Shown: positions 13,215-26,200, counted from the first letter of the whole stretch. The stretch: DNA of 63,732 bases, filler included, from Octopus bimaculoides (GCF_001194135.2; 7 parts of 7 records of this genome joined end to end with filler, not necessarily neighbours in it); one strand, 5' to 3'. The notes: a model not told the origin generated them from the sequence alone. Program-made: numbers and translations.

Positions 13215-14570
13215 TTCTTGATCCTTATTTTGATATTGTTCTTGTATCTTTCTGTGTTTGTGTGTTCGTTCATGTTGCCATTGTGGTTATTGTTGATCGT
13301 GTTATTGCGGCCGTTTTTTAAGTTAATGTATGCGTGTGTATATGGGTTTGCTTACTATGCCCTTTATATAGTTTTTTGTTTACCTATTTGTGTTTATTTC
13401 TTATATTTCATCATAGGTGTATGCATGTTAGCCTTTAGTGTGTGTATTACACTGTATCTGTGTCTTTTTTCGTCACCATCGTGTTGCGTGGTGTGGTGGC
13501 GTAGGTGTTATTGATTCATTCATGTTTTCTGTTGAGGCTCGGTCTGTCTATTAATATGTGTGTGGCCTCTATGATCTGCCTAAGAGTCGCGTTTGTTCTA
13601 TGCGTTTATGATACTTTAACCTCTATGTTATTAACCGAGCATCTGTGTTCTGCTTGAGTAGAGCACCGACGAGCATTTCTCCTCTTTGAGCACCCGCCAG
13701 TGGATGCCTATTCGTTCCCCTATGCTGTGTGCCGTCTCCCCTATGTAAGTAGTTGTCTTGTTACTGCACCGCCCCTCAATACACCGTAAGCTATAGGCTA
13801 CATCTTACAATTAACCTGTTGTTTCATCTTACATACTATACAACTGATTTTCATGCATGGGGACCTACAGATCAGCATTTATATGGGTGTACCTGGACTT
13901 TCCACTATTTTAATCCGTAGATTTACCTTATCTAATGCTTTTGCTAAAAAGGTATGCTAGTTCGCCGCCAGGTGTAGCATCAACGAACATGACACTCTGG
14001 TATTTTTTGTTGTCATGCTATGAGTTGGCCTTATATATGTTTTTCCTGGTTCTTTCTGTACTGTTCCAGGATTTACTCCTGTATAGCGGGCAGATCCCAT
14101 GTGGATCATTCTCTATGATGGCCTTGTATTTAGATCTGGCTCCTTCGTACACTCTAATCCTGTCCCTTTGATTGTAGCCAGAGAATTCCATGCGGTGGAT
14201 GAAATGTATCTTTCCAAATCCGTTGGCTCGCACATGCGGGACACATTCCTCATCACTCTCAAGTCCGCTATTAGGATATTGAACTTGGCGTTGTTTGCAA
14301 TAGCTGCGTTCTTGTGGCCTAGCTATTAAGAAGCCATGGGTTTGGCATATTAGGAATGAAGGATCTGGACCTTGCTATTCTTAGTTTCCAGCCAGAGTTC
14401 CGTGTCTAAAACCGGTAGCCTATAGTTCGGGTGCTTGCTAAGGTAGTCTATTATTACTTTAATACTCGGGTGGATAGAGTTAGCTATTTACTGGATGCTA
14501 TCCATAATGCTAACTTCTAGCTAACCGACATTGTACTATGGAGAAGATGCATAGTTTTAGGTTATTCGTA
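13210..14570 (-). mobile_element. 5'-truncated degenerate Penelope-like element of a second lineage (RT C-terminus + GIY-YIG)
   Basis: IANSIHPSIKVIIDY..RLPVLDTELW, MEFSGY..CPLYRSK, SVMFVDATPGGEL, PCMKISCIVC, TYIGETAHSIGERIGIH, LRQIIEA, SLNRKHE; many stops and frameshifts. Confidence 0.8.
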
Positions 14571-14582
14571 ATACACATATAT

Positions 14583-14623
14583 CCACGGACTAGTTTCAGG
14601 GTTATTGCTCTTTATCAGCGTGG
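14583..14623 (-). ncRNA. Minimal hammerhead motif (core CUGAUAA) directly upstream of the PLE fragment
   Basis: Minus strand: ccacg-CTGATAA-agag/caataa/ccct-GAAAC-ta-GTC-cgtgg; perfect 5-bp stem I, ACTAGT palindrome. Confidence 0.7.
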
Positions 14624-14712
14624 GGTAGCTTGGCTTTGCTAGATGTCGCTGCTAATCCGCTGTCGAAAACTTATTGAAATCAAAGGGAAAAACATTCACT
14701 CTTCTACAAAAA

Positions 14713-14905
14713 TAGAAATATCACATTTCTAAATCTCTCAAAGAGAGATATGCAGTAACAGCATATATACGAGTAGTAAGTCTATGTCTGGAGTGACCAA
14801 TGGTTTCTCATCCACATAGGGCTTAGCTCTGTGAACGTTTCGTCAGACTCTCAGAGGTGGAGAGTTACATTTATCATCGGCTTTAGAGTCTGACGAGACG
14901 TTCAC
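14713..14905 (-). mobile_element. Short repeat with conserved terminus and 21-bp hairpin
   Basis: Terminus atagaaata..catttctaaatctctca..gagagat shared with 63436; inverted arms at 14831-14851 and 14885-14905 (1 mismatch). Confidence 0.6.
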
Positions 14906-14996
14906 GGTGATAACTACTTATGAATACATAACTGCTCTATGCTTGTTTTAGAGTGTGCTTCTTTTACGGATATATGATACATTGTCGATATATACA

Positions 14997-15600
14997 CAGG
15001 GTGCGGTGAATAAATTGGCGTCTAAATTACACAAAATGAAAATAACACTGACATCTCATTTTAAAAGATATATTTACCAAAATTGCATAAAAATATCTTG
15101 AAATTCTAAAGAGTAAATTTATTCAATAAAATCGCCATTGGCCTCAACCACGGCCTCAACCACGGCCTCCGAACGAATTCGGAATCCCCTGCAACTCTTC
15201 TGGACGGTCGCCTTGTATAAGTTGGTGAATGCTGCCATAATCCTTGCCTTCAGTTCATCTTTGGTGTTATAAGGCGTTTTGTTGGTCTCTCGCACAACTG
15301 CGTCCCACACATAATAATCAAGGCGTTTGCAGTCTGGTGAGTTAGGTGGCCAGATATTAGGGGTGATGTGGTTGTAGAAATTGTCTGACAGCCATTGCTG
15401 GGCTCTCCTACTTGCGTGACATGGGGCAGAATCTTGTTGCCAGAGAGTGGCTGCTGGAAGATCATAGGATCTTCCAGCAGCCACCCTCTTGATCCAGAGC
15501 AGCACTACCTTCTCCAGGCACTTGATGTAGGCCTCTGTGTTGAGTGTGAGGCCGTATGGGAAGATGAATGGAGGCATAACGTCGCCATCGGTAATTTTCT
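14997..15600 (-). mobile_element. Tc1/mariner superfamily maT (DD37D) transposase 3' half with TIR
   Basis: QQDSAPCH..WPPNSPDCKRLDYYVW with 37 residues between the 2nd and 3rd Asp; C-terminus EANGDFIE; TIR cagggtgcggtgaataaattg. Confidence 0.85.
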
Positions 15601-16183
15601 GATGAATAACGCTGCAGTTTCCGTCTATCAAATTCAGTCACAAGTCTGTGGTTGGCCTAGGGCTATATTAGAAATCACATGCCCAAGGTACCATGCAGAG
15701 GAAACAAACTTCTCAACCACACAGTCATTCTTGCACCTTATATGTGTGTGTGTACTTACATTTGTTGTTAAATCAAGTATCGTGTCCCACTATGTCTCAA
15801 AGTTCATCAAGCAGCGATCTATAAAATAAATGCCAGACTGAAATAGTATTGAGGTCAGTATCATCAATTAGATTTTTGTAGGTGATGCCCCATCATGGCA
15901 ACAAACGAAAGGCTAAACCCAGTAAAATAATGTTTAAAGACATAATGGCTTCAAATTTAAGGTAATGGATTATTAACCACGAGATAATGAGTTCAAAGCT
16001 TCGTATTGAACTCCCACTCCATACAATAACACTATATGTGTACATCTCAGTCTACTTGACTTCCAACAATTAACAATTGTAATGTGAAGTTGAACGGTTA
16101 GCAGTAAGAAAGATGTCCAGTTTACTTAAAAAACTAATGTGCAAAATAATCTGAGAAAAAGTAATTTTCCTCCACAACAAAAC

Positions 16184-16234
<51 letters not shown>

Positions 16235-16427
16235 TGTCTGTGGTAACTTGAGCTACAAAAAATAGCAGCCAATTCTCTCTTAAAATACACTCTTTCATCA
16301 AAAGAAAGGCACAGATTTACAGTATTTCAGGAAGAAAAAATATCTATGTGATGGGTCTGCTACATCAGATACAGGTCTGGGCTAAACAAAACACAGACAA
16401 ACATACTTCACATTAAAAGATTATCTA

Positions 16428-16595
16428 CTAGGCGCAGGAGTGGCTGTGTGGTAAGTAGCTTGCTTACTAAGCACATGGTTCCGGGTTCATTCCCATTGCG
16501 TGGCACTTTGGGCAAGTGTCTTCTACTATAGCCTCGGGCCAACCAAAGCCTTGTGAGAGGATTTGGTAGACAAAAACTGAATGAAGCCCGTCGTA

Positions 16596-16634
<39 letters not shown>

Positions 16635-16868
16635 ATATATATGTATGAGTGTGTGTATGTTTGTGTGTCTGCGTTTGTCCGCCCAATATCGCTTGACAAC
16701 CGATGCCGGTGTGTTTACGTCCCCGTAGCCTAGCGGTTCGGCAAAAGAGACTGATAAAATAAGTACTAGGCTTACAAAGAATAAGTCCTGGGGTCGATTT
16801 GCTCGACTAAAAGCGGTGCTCCAGCATGGCCACAGTCAAATGACTGAAACAAATAAAAGAGTAAAAGA
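16428..16868 (+). mobile_element. SINE family A, full length, young
   Basis: aggcgcaggagtggctgtgtggtaagtagc..ccgggttcattccc..ttgggcaagtgtc..gtcaaatgactgaaacaa. Confidence 0.9.
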
Positions 16869-17201
16869 GTACTAATTTACTTCGAAGTTTCATTCCCTGG
16901 GAAAACTAAGATTGTTCAGGCAGAGATGCCTCCCTTCTCAAAATTGTACGACCCATCCTCATTTTTGAGATTATTTTTATAGTAAAAAAAAAAAAAATNN
17001 NNNNNNNNNNNNNNNNNNNNNNNNNNNNNNNNNNNNNNNNNNNNNNNNNNNNNNNNNNNNNNNNNNNNNNNNNNNNNNNNNNNNNNNNNNNNNNNNNNNN
17101 NNNNNNNNNNNNNNNNNNNNNNNNNNNNNNNNNNNNNNNNNNNNNNNNNNNNNNNNNNNNNNNNNNNNNNNNNNNNNNNNNNNNNNNNNNNNNNNNNNNN
17201 N

Positions 17202-17253
<52 letters not shown>

Positions 17254-17637
17254 CAAACTCTGTTTTATATATTACGAAATATATTGTGAATATAATAATA
17301 TATTGTTACAGAAAATTGTCTAGTATTGGGACATATATACACACGACAATAAAAATACAACAAATGTGCGGTAGCATACGGGGGAATTAGACACACACCT
17401 CTTACTTTCACGATAAGGTACCCATCCGTTGTCACTGAATAAGCTTTAGGAACTATAATTTCATAGTGGTAATCATGAGAGGATTCTGTATAAGTTCAGA
17501 AACGGTGAAGTATAAAAGATTTGCAAATATAATTAGTGAAATCTTATAAGTTTCAACTTATAATTACTCGTATATTCACTTGTCACTCTTTCTTAACTTA
17601 CGCAGGGAATGAACTTCTATCACTAGCTGGGGATTAG

Positions 17638-17682
17638 CACACGCTGAGGACGGGTAACCATCCAGAAACTGGAGTCCTTGTG
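17638..17682 (+). ncRNA. Minimal hammerhead ribozyme with intact core, heading a ~190-nt repeat (to ~17830)
   Basis: cacacg-CTGAGGA-c-gggt/aacc/atcc-a-GAAAC-tgga-GTC-cttgtg. Confidence 0.75.
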
Positions 17683-17887
17683 TATCACGTAAGGCTAGAG
17701 ATGGGAGCGACGACCTCCCCTCGCAAATACTAATCGGACACAGAATGTGTGTCGTTAGCCAGCTGGAGGAGATGTCATCCTGGGGCTATAAACATCAGTA
17801 GCACTGCCTTGTATAGGATGCCACAATTAGTTGGCAAGTACGATAATATATGATGTAATAATAAAATAATAATGATAGTAATAAAAA

Positions 17888-18001
<114 letters not shown>

Positions 18002-18043
18002 CATAATTATTATTATTATTATTTTTATCATCATCATCATCAT

Positions 18044-19850
18044 CAGGAACTTCAAGAGTAGACATACAAACCTGAGTATGGCATGGGTTGACTATCGTAA
18101 AGCATACGATATGATAACCACACTCCTGGGTAATAAGAACAATGGAAATGTAAGGAGTAGCAGAAAATATGAGAAGCCTTCTATGGAATAGCATGAAATG
18201 CTGGAGAACGGAATTGACAGCAGGCAATCAAGAGGTGAAAATCAAGAGAGGTATCTTCCAGGGGGTCAGTGTGTCCCCATTGAACTTTGTGCTGGGAATG
18301 ATCTCCTTGATTGAAATACTACAGAAAACAAAGTTGGGGTATGATCTGGGAATAAGTAAGGGAAAACTGAACCACCTACTATTCATGGACGACCTGAAGC
18401 TATTCACAAAAACTGCGGCAGAACTGGAAAACCTAGTCCAGTCTATGCGGATTTTCTCTAATGATATTAATGTGCTACGATGGTGATGAGACGAAAGCTT
18501 TTCAGAACAGAAGGCAAATGGTTGCCAAGCGGTGAAATGATGAAGGCAATTCAACCTCATTCCATTGAATCAGATGGAATCAAACACAATGTCATAAAGG
18601 AAAAGGCAAAAAGAGAAGACCTGCAGCGAGTGAGAAACAATATTGTCATCAAAGCTAAATGTCAGAAACTTAATTTCGGCAATAAATTCGCGCGCAGTCG
18701 CAGTATGGCGCTGGAATCCTGAAGTGGACAGAGGAGTAACTAAAATAGATGGACAGGAAGTCAAGAAAGCTTCTAACAATGCATAGAGCCCATTATCCAC
18801 GTGCTGACAGTTATCTCCTATACATGAAGAGGGTAAGTGGAGGAAAAGGACTGATAAGCGTGGAAGACTGCGTGCGTATCGAACTCGAAAGCTTAATGAG
18901 ATACCTAACCCATAGTAAGGAAATCTTGCTAGTGGTAGTTAGGAACGAGGGAGTATTGAAAGCAAAGAAAAAAGGAAAAACAAAGGGACAAATGCAAAAA
19001 GGACATGAAGAAGAATTGCGCAAGAAGGGACTACACAATCAATTCCATGTAGCCACAACAGAAGTTGCTGGGAAAAATAGGTAGGATTGGCTGATAAAAA
19101 GAACCTTAGAAAGGGAGACCGAAAGCACCATACAAGCAACGTAAGACCAAGCTTTAGTCCCCAAATGGAGGGTCAACCTTAGGAATGAATATCTCCGTTG
19201 TGCCTCATCTGCATAGAGTGGATGAAACCATTGCCCATATCACGAACGAATACTCTAAACTTGCCCAAAGCCACTACAAGTTGTAGCGACACGATCAGGT
19301 AAGTGCTCCATTGGAAAGTATGCAAAAAGTGGAGGCTAGAGAGAGGCAAGACGTGGTATGAACACAAACGGCAGAGAGTGGTGGAGTCAGTGACTAGCAA
19401 AATCCTCTGTGATTTCCCAATCCAAATAGATCAAGTGCTAGAGCATAACAAACGAGACCTAGTAGTGGTGGACAAGATGCACCACATATGCTATATAGTT
19501 GATGTTGCATGCCCATTTGACCCATGAATAGTCAAGAAGGAAGGCGCAATACAACCCTCTTAAGTATGAAATAATCCGGCTATGGGAAATGAAGAAGGTG
19601 AAGATAGTACCAATTATTGCTGAGTCTTTGAGAAGAGTATCAGATGGCATCAAAGGGAATATAAATGAAACTGGAATAGAGTACCCAGTAGAACTGTTAC
19701 AAAAGGTTTGCTCCTTGACATGGCCAGAGTAATGAGGAAAATATTTGATACTTGAAAAGAATGGATAGCATAGTACCGTACGCTGCAGGCAAGCAAGCCC
19801 GCTACGCATGTAAAACTCCAGGAGCTTCAACAAAACCTGTGATAAAGAGA
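18044..19850 (+). mobile_element. 5'-truncated R4/Dong-like non-LTR retrotransposon (RT + RLE), degenerate
   Basis: AWVDYRKAYD, IKRGIFQGVSVSPL, NHLLFMDDLKLF, LHWKVCKK..WYEH, KRDLVVVDK..DVACPFD; flanked by (TAA)n-type arrays. Confidence 0.85.
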
Positions 19851-19851
19851 A

Positions 19852-19883
<32 letters not shown>

Positions 19884-19893
19884 AATAATAATG

Positions 19894-19945
<52 letters not shown>

Positions 19946-19962
19946 CAACAACAACAACAACA

Positions 19963-20002
<40 letters not shown>

Positions 20003-20013
20003 CAACAACAACA

Positions 20014-20056
<43 letters not shown>

Positions 20057-20070
20057 CGACAACAACAACA

Positions 20071-20120
<50 letters not shown>

Positions 20121-20130
20121 TATCATTATT
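19851..20130. repeat. Compound (GAT)n/(AAT)n/(AAC)n microsatellite
   Basis: Direct. Confidence 0.95.
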
Positions 20131-20845
20131 ATGATGATGTTTTTTTTTCATCTTTCTTCAAATTTTCTTCCATTTCTCGCCGGGTGTTTTCCGTACACCT
20201 AGGGCAGAGAAACTCGTTGTATGCATTCCTAGTTTACACACGCAAATTCACAGGTAAAACATGTATTTAAGAAAAAAAATTTATGAATGGATGTTTTCAC
20301 AGCGATAATGCTCTTCTCAGTATGAGTCGTTCCAGTTAGCACGATTTTTCGCACTTCCTTTAGGGATGGTAAGCCTGGTATCATTTTCAAATAGGTTTCA
20401 GTACCTTTTTTTTATCATTCCTAGAGATCCTACAATCACTGGTATGGTAGACGCCTTGAGGTGTCACATTTTTTTCAATTTCTATTAGTAAGTCTTTATA
20501 TTTACTGATCTTGTCAAATTCTTTCGCCGCTATATTATGATCAGAGGGAATACTCATGTCAATTAATAAACATGTCTTCTTTGTCTGATCTTTTATAATA
20601 ATATCCGGTTTATTAGCTTTTATACTCTTGTCGGTATGTACGGGGAAGTCCCAGAGAATCGATACATTTTCTCCCTCAGTCACAGCTTCAGGATGGTGTT
20701 TATACCATTTGTCAGCGGTTTTGATTTTATAATGCTGACATATTGCCCAGTGTAAATACTGGCCAACTCTGTCATGTCTTGCTTTATATTCTACAGGTGC
20801 TAAGACTCTACACCCTGAGATTAGGTGGTCTATAGTTTCAATCGG
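20131..20845 (-). mobile_element. R4/Dong-like element 3' end (RLE domain), second family
   Basis: ILWDFPVHTDKSIKANKPDIIIKD..CLLIDMSIPSD..KYKDLLIEIEK: PD..D restriction-like endonuclease; runs into a gap. Confidence 0.85.
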
Positions 20846-20889
20846 NNNNNNNNNNNNNNNNNNNNNNNNNNNNNNNNNNNNNNNNNNNN

Positions 20890-20901
20890 TTAATTAATTA
20901 A
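20890..20901. other. Artificial scaffold-join linker TTAATTAATTAA (also 29922-29933, 37857-37868, 50909-50920, 57992-58003, 62128-62139)
   Basis: Identical 12-mer with stops in all six frames, each flanked by 44 N on both sides. Confidence 0.9.
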
Positions 20902-21066
20902 NNNNNNNNNNNNNNNNNNNNNNNNNNNNNNNNNNNNNNNNNNNNATATATATATATATATATATATGCATATACATACGGGCATACTCATATATATGAT
21001 TATGATATGAATACTGTATGCTCGTACATATGTATGAATTTAAATATATATAATATACATACATGC

Positions 21067-21112
<46 letters not shown>

Positions 21113-21581
21113 ATAGATACATATGTGCACACATACATACATGTATATTACGTATTTGAATATTTGACATATTTATGTATGCATGTATGTGTTTAATTGT
21201 GCATGTATGCATCTATACATATATTCATACACACACGTATTCACATACATGCATATGCATATATATGTACATACATTTATAGGCATGCATACATAGATAC
21301 ATGCATACATACGTGCATACATACATAAATGCATACATACGTGCATACATACATAAATGCATACTTATATGCTTTCATACACTCATACACACACACACAC
21401 ACGCACATACATACATACATACATACATACATACATACATACATACATACATACACACGCGCATACATACATACATGTAAATGCTTGCATACAACACCGA
21501 CAACAAATAGCTCTCGAATATTCAGTTTTTGAAACGAACAGCAAGTTGTATTTTGAAGTATCTGATTGTTATTGGTGTTAA

Positions 21582-21631
<50 letters not shown>

Positions 21632-22149
21632 NNNNNNNNNNNNNNNNNNNNNNNNNNNNNNNNNNNNNNNNNNNNNNNNNNNNNNNNNNNNNNNNNNNNN
21701 NNNNNNNNNNNNNNNNNNNNNNNNNNNNNNNNNNNNNNNNNNNNNNNNNNNNNNNNNNNNNNNNNNNNNNNNNNNNNNNNNNNNNNNNNNNNNNNNNNNN
21801 NNNNNNNNNNNNNNNNNNNNNNNNNNAAAACAACAACAACAACAACCAACATGGAGACGAGAACAAAGAAGATTGAGGCGGGAAAAAATGTGAAGATTTC
21901 TTTCATTTTTCTGTCTTGGTTTGTTTGTTTCTTTTAATTATCTTTTCTGTTTCTTTGTTTGTTGTATTACTTTTATTCCTTTTGTGTTTAAGTTTTCTTG
22001 TTCCGTGTTTTTTTCTTTCCTCTTCTTGTCTGCTGTGTGTTTTTTTTTTTATTTATAAACATTTTTTTTTTTTGAAATTGTTTCTACTTTTTCCAAACCG
22101 TGACGATATAACAAATGAATTTGCAGATGTGTGTGTTATTGGCTGAAAA

Positions 22150-22596
22150 GAGATAAAATATAAATATAATAATGATAACAATATTAATACTAATAGTAGT
22201 AGTAGTTGTAATAATGGTAATAATAGTGATAATATTAATAATAGTAATAATAGTTACTATTGTTGTTGCTGTTATTTTTAATAGTGTTTTATCATCGTTT
22301 TCATTACTACTATTCATATTATTATCATAACAATAACAGTTATTATTATTATTATCATTAATGTTGTTGTTATTATTATTGTAATAATAAATGTTGTTGT
22401 TATCATTATTATTATTGTTATTATTATTATTAACATTATTATTATTATTAACATTATTATTATTATTGATATGATGATGACGATGATAATTTCTTTATTT
22501 GTCGCGATAACAAGAACGACATTAATGAAACTAATAAAAATAAAGTCTCTTCTTATTCGCCATTATGGTGGTGGTGGTGATGATGATGATGATGAA

Positions 22597-22635
<39 letters not shown>

Positions 22636-23026
22636 AACAATAACAACAACAACAACAACAACGACGACGATAATGGGATGATAATAACGATGATGGAGGG
22701 AATCTTTTGAATGTTCATACATACATACATATATACATACATACATATATACATATATATATATACATATATACATACATACGTGCATATATACATAGAT
22801 GTATGCAACCCACGCGCACAGAATCACACGCAGATATTCATACGTATACACACACGCTCTCAGTTAAACATTCATATAAGTTATACACACCTGGAGCAAA
22901 CGGAGATAAACTTTTCAAAGGTATGTATAGTGGAGCATGATGTTTATTGATGAAATGGCTGCAGATGATAATGCTACTGCTGCTGCTGATGGTGATGATG
23001 ATGCTGATGATGATAACGAAAATGAC

Positions 23027-23075
<49 letters not shown>

Positions 23076-23169
23076 TCGATGAGGATGATGATGATGATGA
23101 TGAGGACGATGATGCAATGATGGCGATGATGCAATAATGATGATAATGATGATGATGAGGATGATGGTA

Positions 23170-23217
<48 letters not shown>

Positions 23218-23430
23218 GTGATGTTGGTGTTGCTGGTGTTGCTGGTAGCGACTGTAATGATTGTGATGATGATCATGATGTGGGGGATGCGGAAGAGGAG
23301 AAGAAGCAAGAAAGAGATGAAGGAGAAGGAGGTGGAGTGAATGATGATGATGATGATGATGATGAATATCATAATCAAGAAGAAGAAGAAGAAGAAGAAG
23401 AAGAAGAAGAAGAAGAAGAAGAAGAAGAAG
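22150..23430. repeat. Large compound trinucleotide field (TAA/TTA/GAT/AAC/GAA) plus (TACA)n
   Basis: Direct; source of the poly-D/M/H/I ORFs. Confidence 0.95.
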
Positions 23431-24367
23431 NNNNNNNNNNNNNNNNNNNNNNNNNNNNNNNNNNNNNNNNNNNNNNNNNNNNNNNNNNNNNNNNNNNNNN
23501 NNNNNNNNNNNNNNNNNNNNNNNNNNNNNNNNNNNNNNNNNNNNNNNNNNNNNNNNNNNNNNNNNNNNNNNNNNNNNNNNNNNNNNNNNNNNNNNNNNNN
23601 NNNNNNNNNNNNNNNNNNNNNNNNNNNNNNNNNNNNNNNNNNNNNNNNNNNNNNNNNNNNNNNNNNNNNNNNNNNNNNNNNNNNNNNNNNNNNNNNNNNN
23701 NNNNNNNNNNNNNNNNNNNNNNNNNNNNNNNNNNNNNNNNNNNNNNNNNNNNNNNNNNNNNNNNNNNNNNNNNNNNNNNNNNNNNNNNNNNNNNNNNNNN
23801 NNNNNNNNNNNNNNNNNNNNNNNNNNNNNNNNNNNNNNNNNNNNNNNNNNNNNNNNNNNNNNNNNNNNNNNNNNNNNNNNNNNNNNNNNNNNNNNNNNNN
23901 NNNNNNNNNNNNNNNNNNNNNNNNNNNNNNNNNNNNNNNNNNNNNNNNNNNNNNNNNNNNNNNNNNNNNNNNNNNNNNNNNNNNNNNNNNNNNNNNNNNN
24001 NNNNNNNNNNNNNNNNNNNNNNNNNNNNNNNNNNNNNNNNNNNNNNNNNNNNNNNNNNNNNNNNNNNNNNNNNNNNNNNNNNNNNNNNNNNNNNNNNNNN
24101 NNNNNNNNNNNNNNNNNNNNNNNNNNNNNNNNNNNNNNNNNNNNNNNNNNNNNNNNNNNNNNNNNNNNNNNNNNNNNNNNNNNNNNNNNNNNNNNNNNNN
24201 NNNNNNNNNNNNNNNNNNNNNNNNNNNNNNNNNNNNNNNNNNNNNNNNNNNNNNNNNNNNNNNNNNNNNNNNNNNNNNNNNNNNNNNNNNNNNNNNNNNN
24301 NNNNNNNNNNNNNNNNNNNNNNNNNNNNNNNNNNNNNNNNNNNNNNNNNNNNNNNNNNNNNNNNNNN

Positions 24368-24416
<49 letters not shown>

Positions 24417-24618
24417 TATATGTCTGTATTCTGCATATGTATGTATGTATGTATGTGCATAAGTATACAGATTACACATATATCTGTATGCACGAGTATA
24501 TGTACATATACATATATGCACACATACGCTGATATAAAAATGCATATGTACATGTATATATGCGCGTACACATATACACGTATATACGTATATGTAAACA
24601 GATATACTTATATATGAA

Positions 24619-24699
<81 letters not shown>

Positions 24700-25569
24700 T
24701 TATTTATTTGTATATGTAGCTGTATGTATATCGATATGTTTTCTATTGCACTGGTTGTGTTTATATATACATGTGTAATCTACTGAGTTCAAAAACAGAT
24801 TCATTCAGCGAAAACGTGTATCTTAACTGGTTTTTTGTGTCACCTCTGAAGTGGAAATTAAGCAGAGTACAGACAGCCAACATATAACACACACACACAC
24901 ATAAACAGGCATATACATACGCCCATGCACTCACAAATACACATGCTCACATACATCCAAACCTACATACATGCATATGTGTCTGTATGCATGTATGTAT
25001 GTGTGTATTTATGTATGTGTGTATTCATGTATGTATCCATATACCTTATCAATACCACACCCTTAACGTACGTGTTTTAATTTAAACTTCAGTAGCGGCT
25101 GTTTTTTGTCCCGGAAAAATCCTTTAAAAAGCGACGTATAGTGTTAAAAAAGGAACGCACATTATATCTCAGAACTAGGTGAAACGAAATATCCGCGGAA
25201 GTGATCACGAGGCGGCAAGTGCTTTATTTCGCCGTTGTTGCAGCTTATCAATGTTACGTATTCGTGTTACTTCCGAAACGAAATCGAAACCTGAAATATA
25301 TACGTATATAGATAGTGCATATATATATAGATAGTGTGTGTATATATATATATAATAAAAATAATATTAGGGATAAAATCCAAAATTACAGGTAAAAACT
25401 CAATTAAAATCAATTTATTAAAAATTAAAATTAAATTAAGTTTCACAGTATAAAATATATATAAATATATATATGTGACAGTGGATTTTCATCGATGAGT
25501 TCATGAACCATGTTTCTTTTCCCTTAAACTATATATTTATATATATACATATATATATATATACATACA

Positions 25570-25617
<48 letters not shown>

Positions 25618-25619
25618 AA

Positions 25620-26200
25620 AATAAGAGGAATGACCAGCAAAAGTGGACTCCTATATGCTAAAAATAAATGCCGAATCATCTAACCACGAAAAATAATTTC
25701 TCAGTAAAAATTTAGCGACACAACAAACTGTAAGAGGGCAAGAGAAATGAAAAAATACTAAATAAAAAAACGATTAACCTACGTACCATGGTTTCACCTG
25801 TTACAATTTACATAAGTAAATATCTGCAGGATCATCAGCGTAGTCTGTCGATTTATAAAATATAATTTCCAGAACTAGACACAAGACGTCCACCCGAAAG
25901 TGAGCACGTGTAGAGTTCTACAAATTACATTCAGTGTATTCTTTCAAATGTCTTCAATCTGGCGCGCTAAGTCCGGAAATAACTCTGCAGTTAATAAATT
26001 TTTGCAGCTAATTTACCGGTTTGAGAACATCATTATTTAAAATTTATTAATAAGGTTAGAAATTGATATTAATCAATTAAAACTAGTGGTCCAGCACATT
26101 AAAAAAATCCGAAGATTAAATTATATCGTATACAAACAAATCTATTGCTAGATAGAATCGTTGAATTGTGTTATTGATAATGCAATGTGACGCCTTTATA
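25620..26200 (-). mobile_element. Probable PLE 3' end carrying an HHR
   Basis: AT-rich UTR-like sequence containing an intact HHR; no clear ORF. Confidence 0.45.
25779..25843 (-). ncRNA. Intact minimal type I hammerhead ribozyme
   Basis: Minus strand: ctacg-CTGATGA-t-cctg..atttac/ttat/gtaaat..cagg-t-GAAAC-catg-GTA-cgtag; all core nucleotides canonical. Confidence 0.85.

Noticed and set aside
7150-13530. In-frame TGA codons in the PLEs as possible selenocysteine recoding
   Set aside because: They fall at non-Cys positions (one is a TGG>TGA Trp) among many TAA/TAG stops and frameshifts: ordinary decay.
16428-16500. tRNA-like A/B boxes in SINE heads as tRNA genes
   Set aside because: No complete cloverleaf; they continue into multi-copy SINE bodies.
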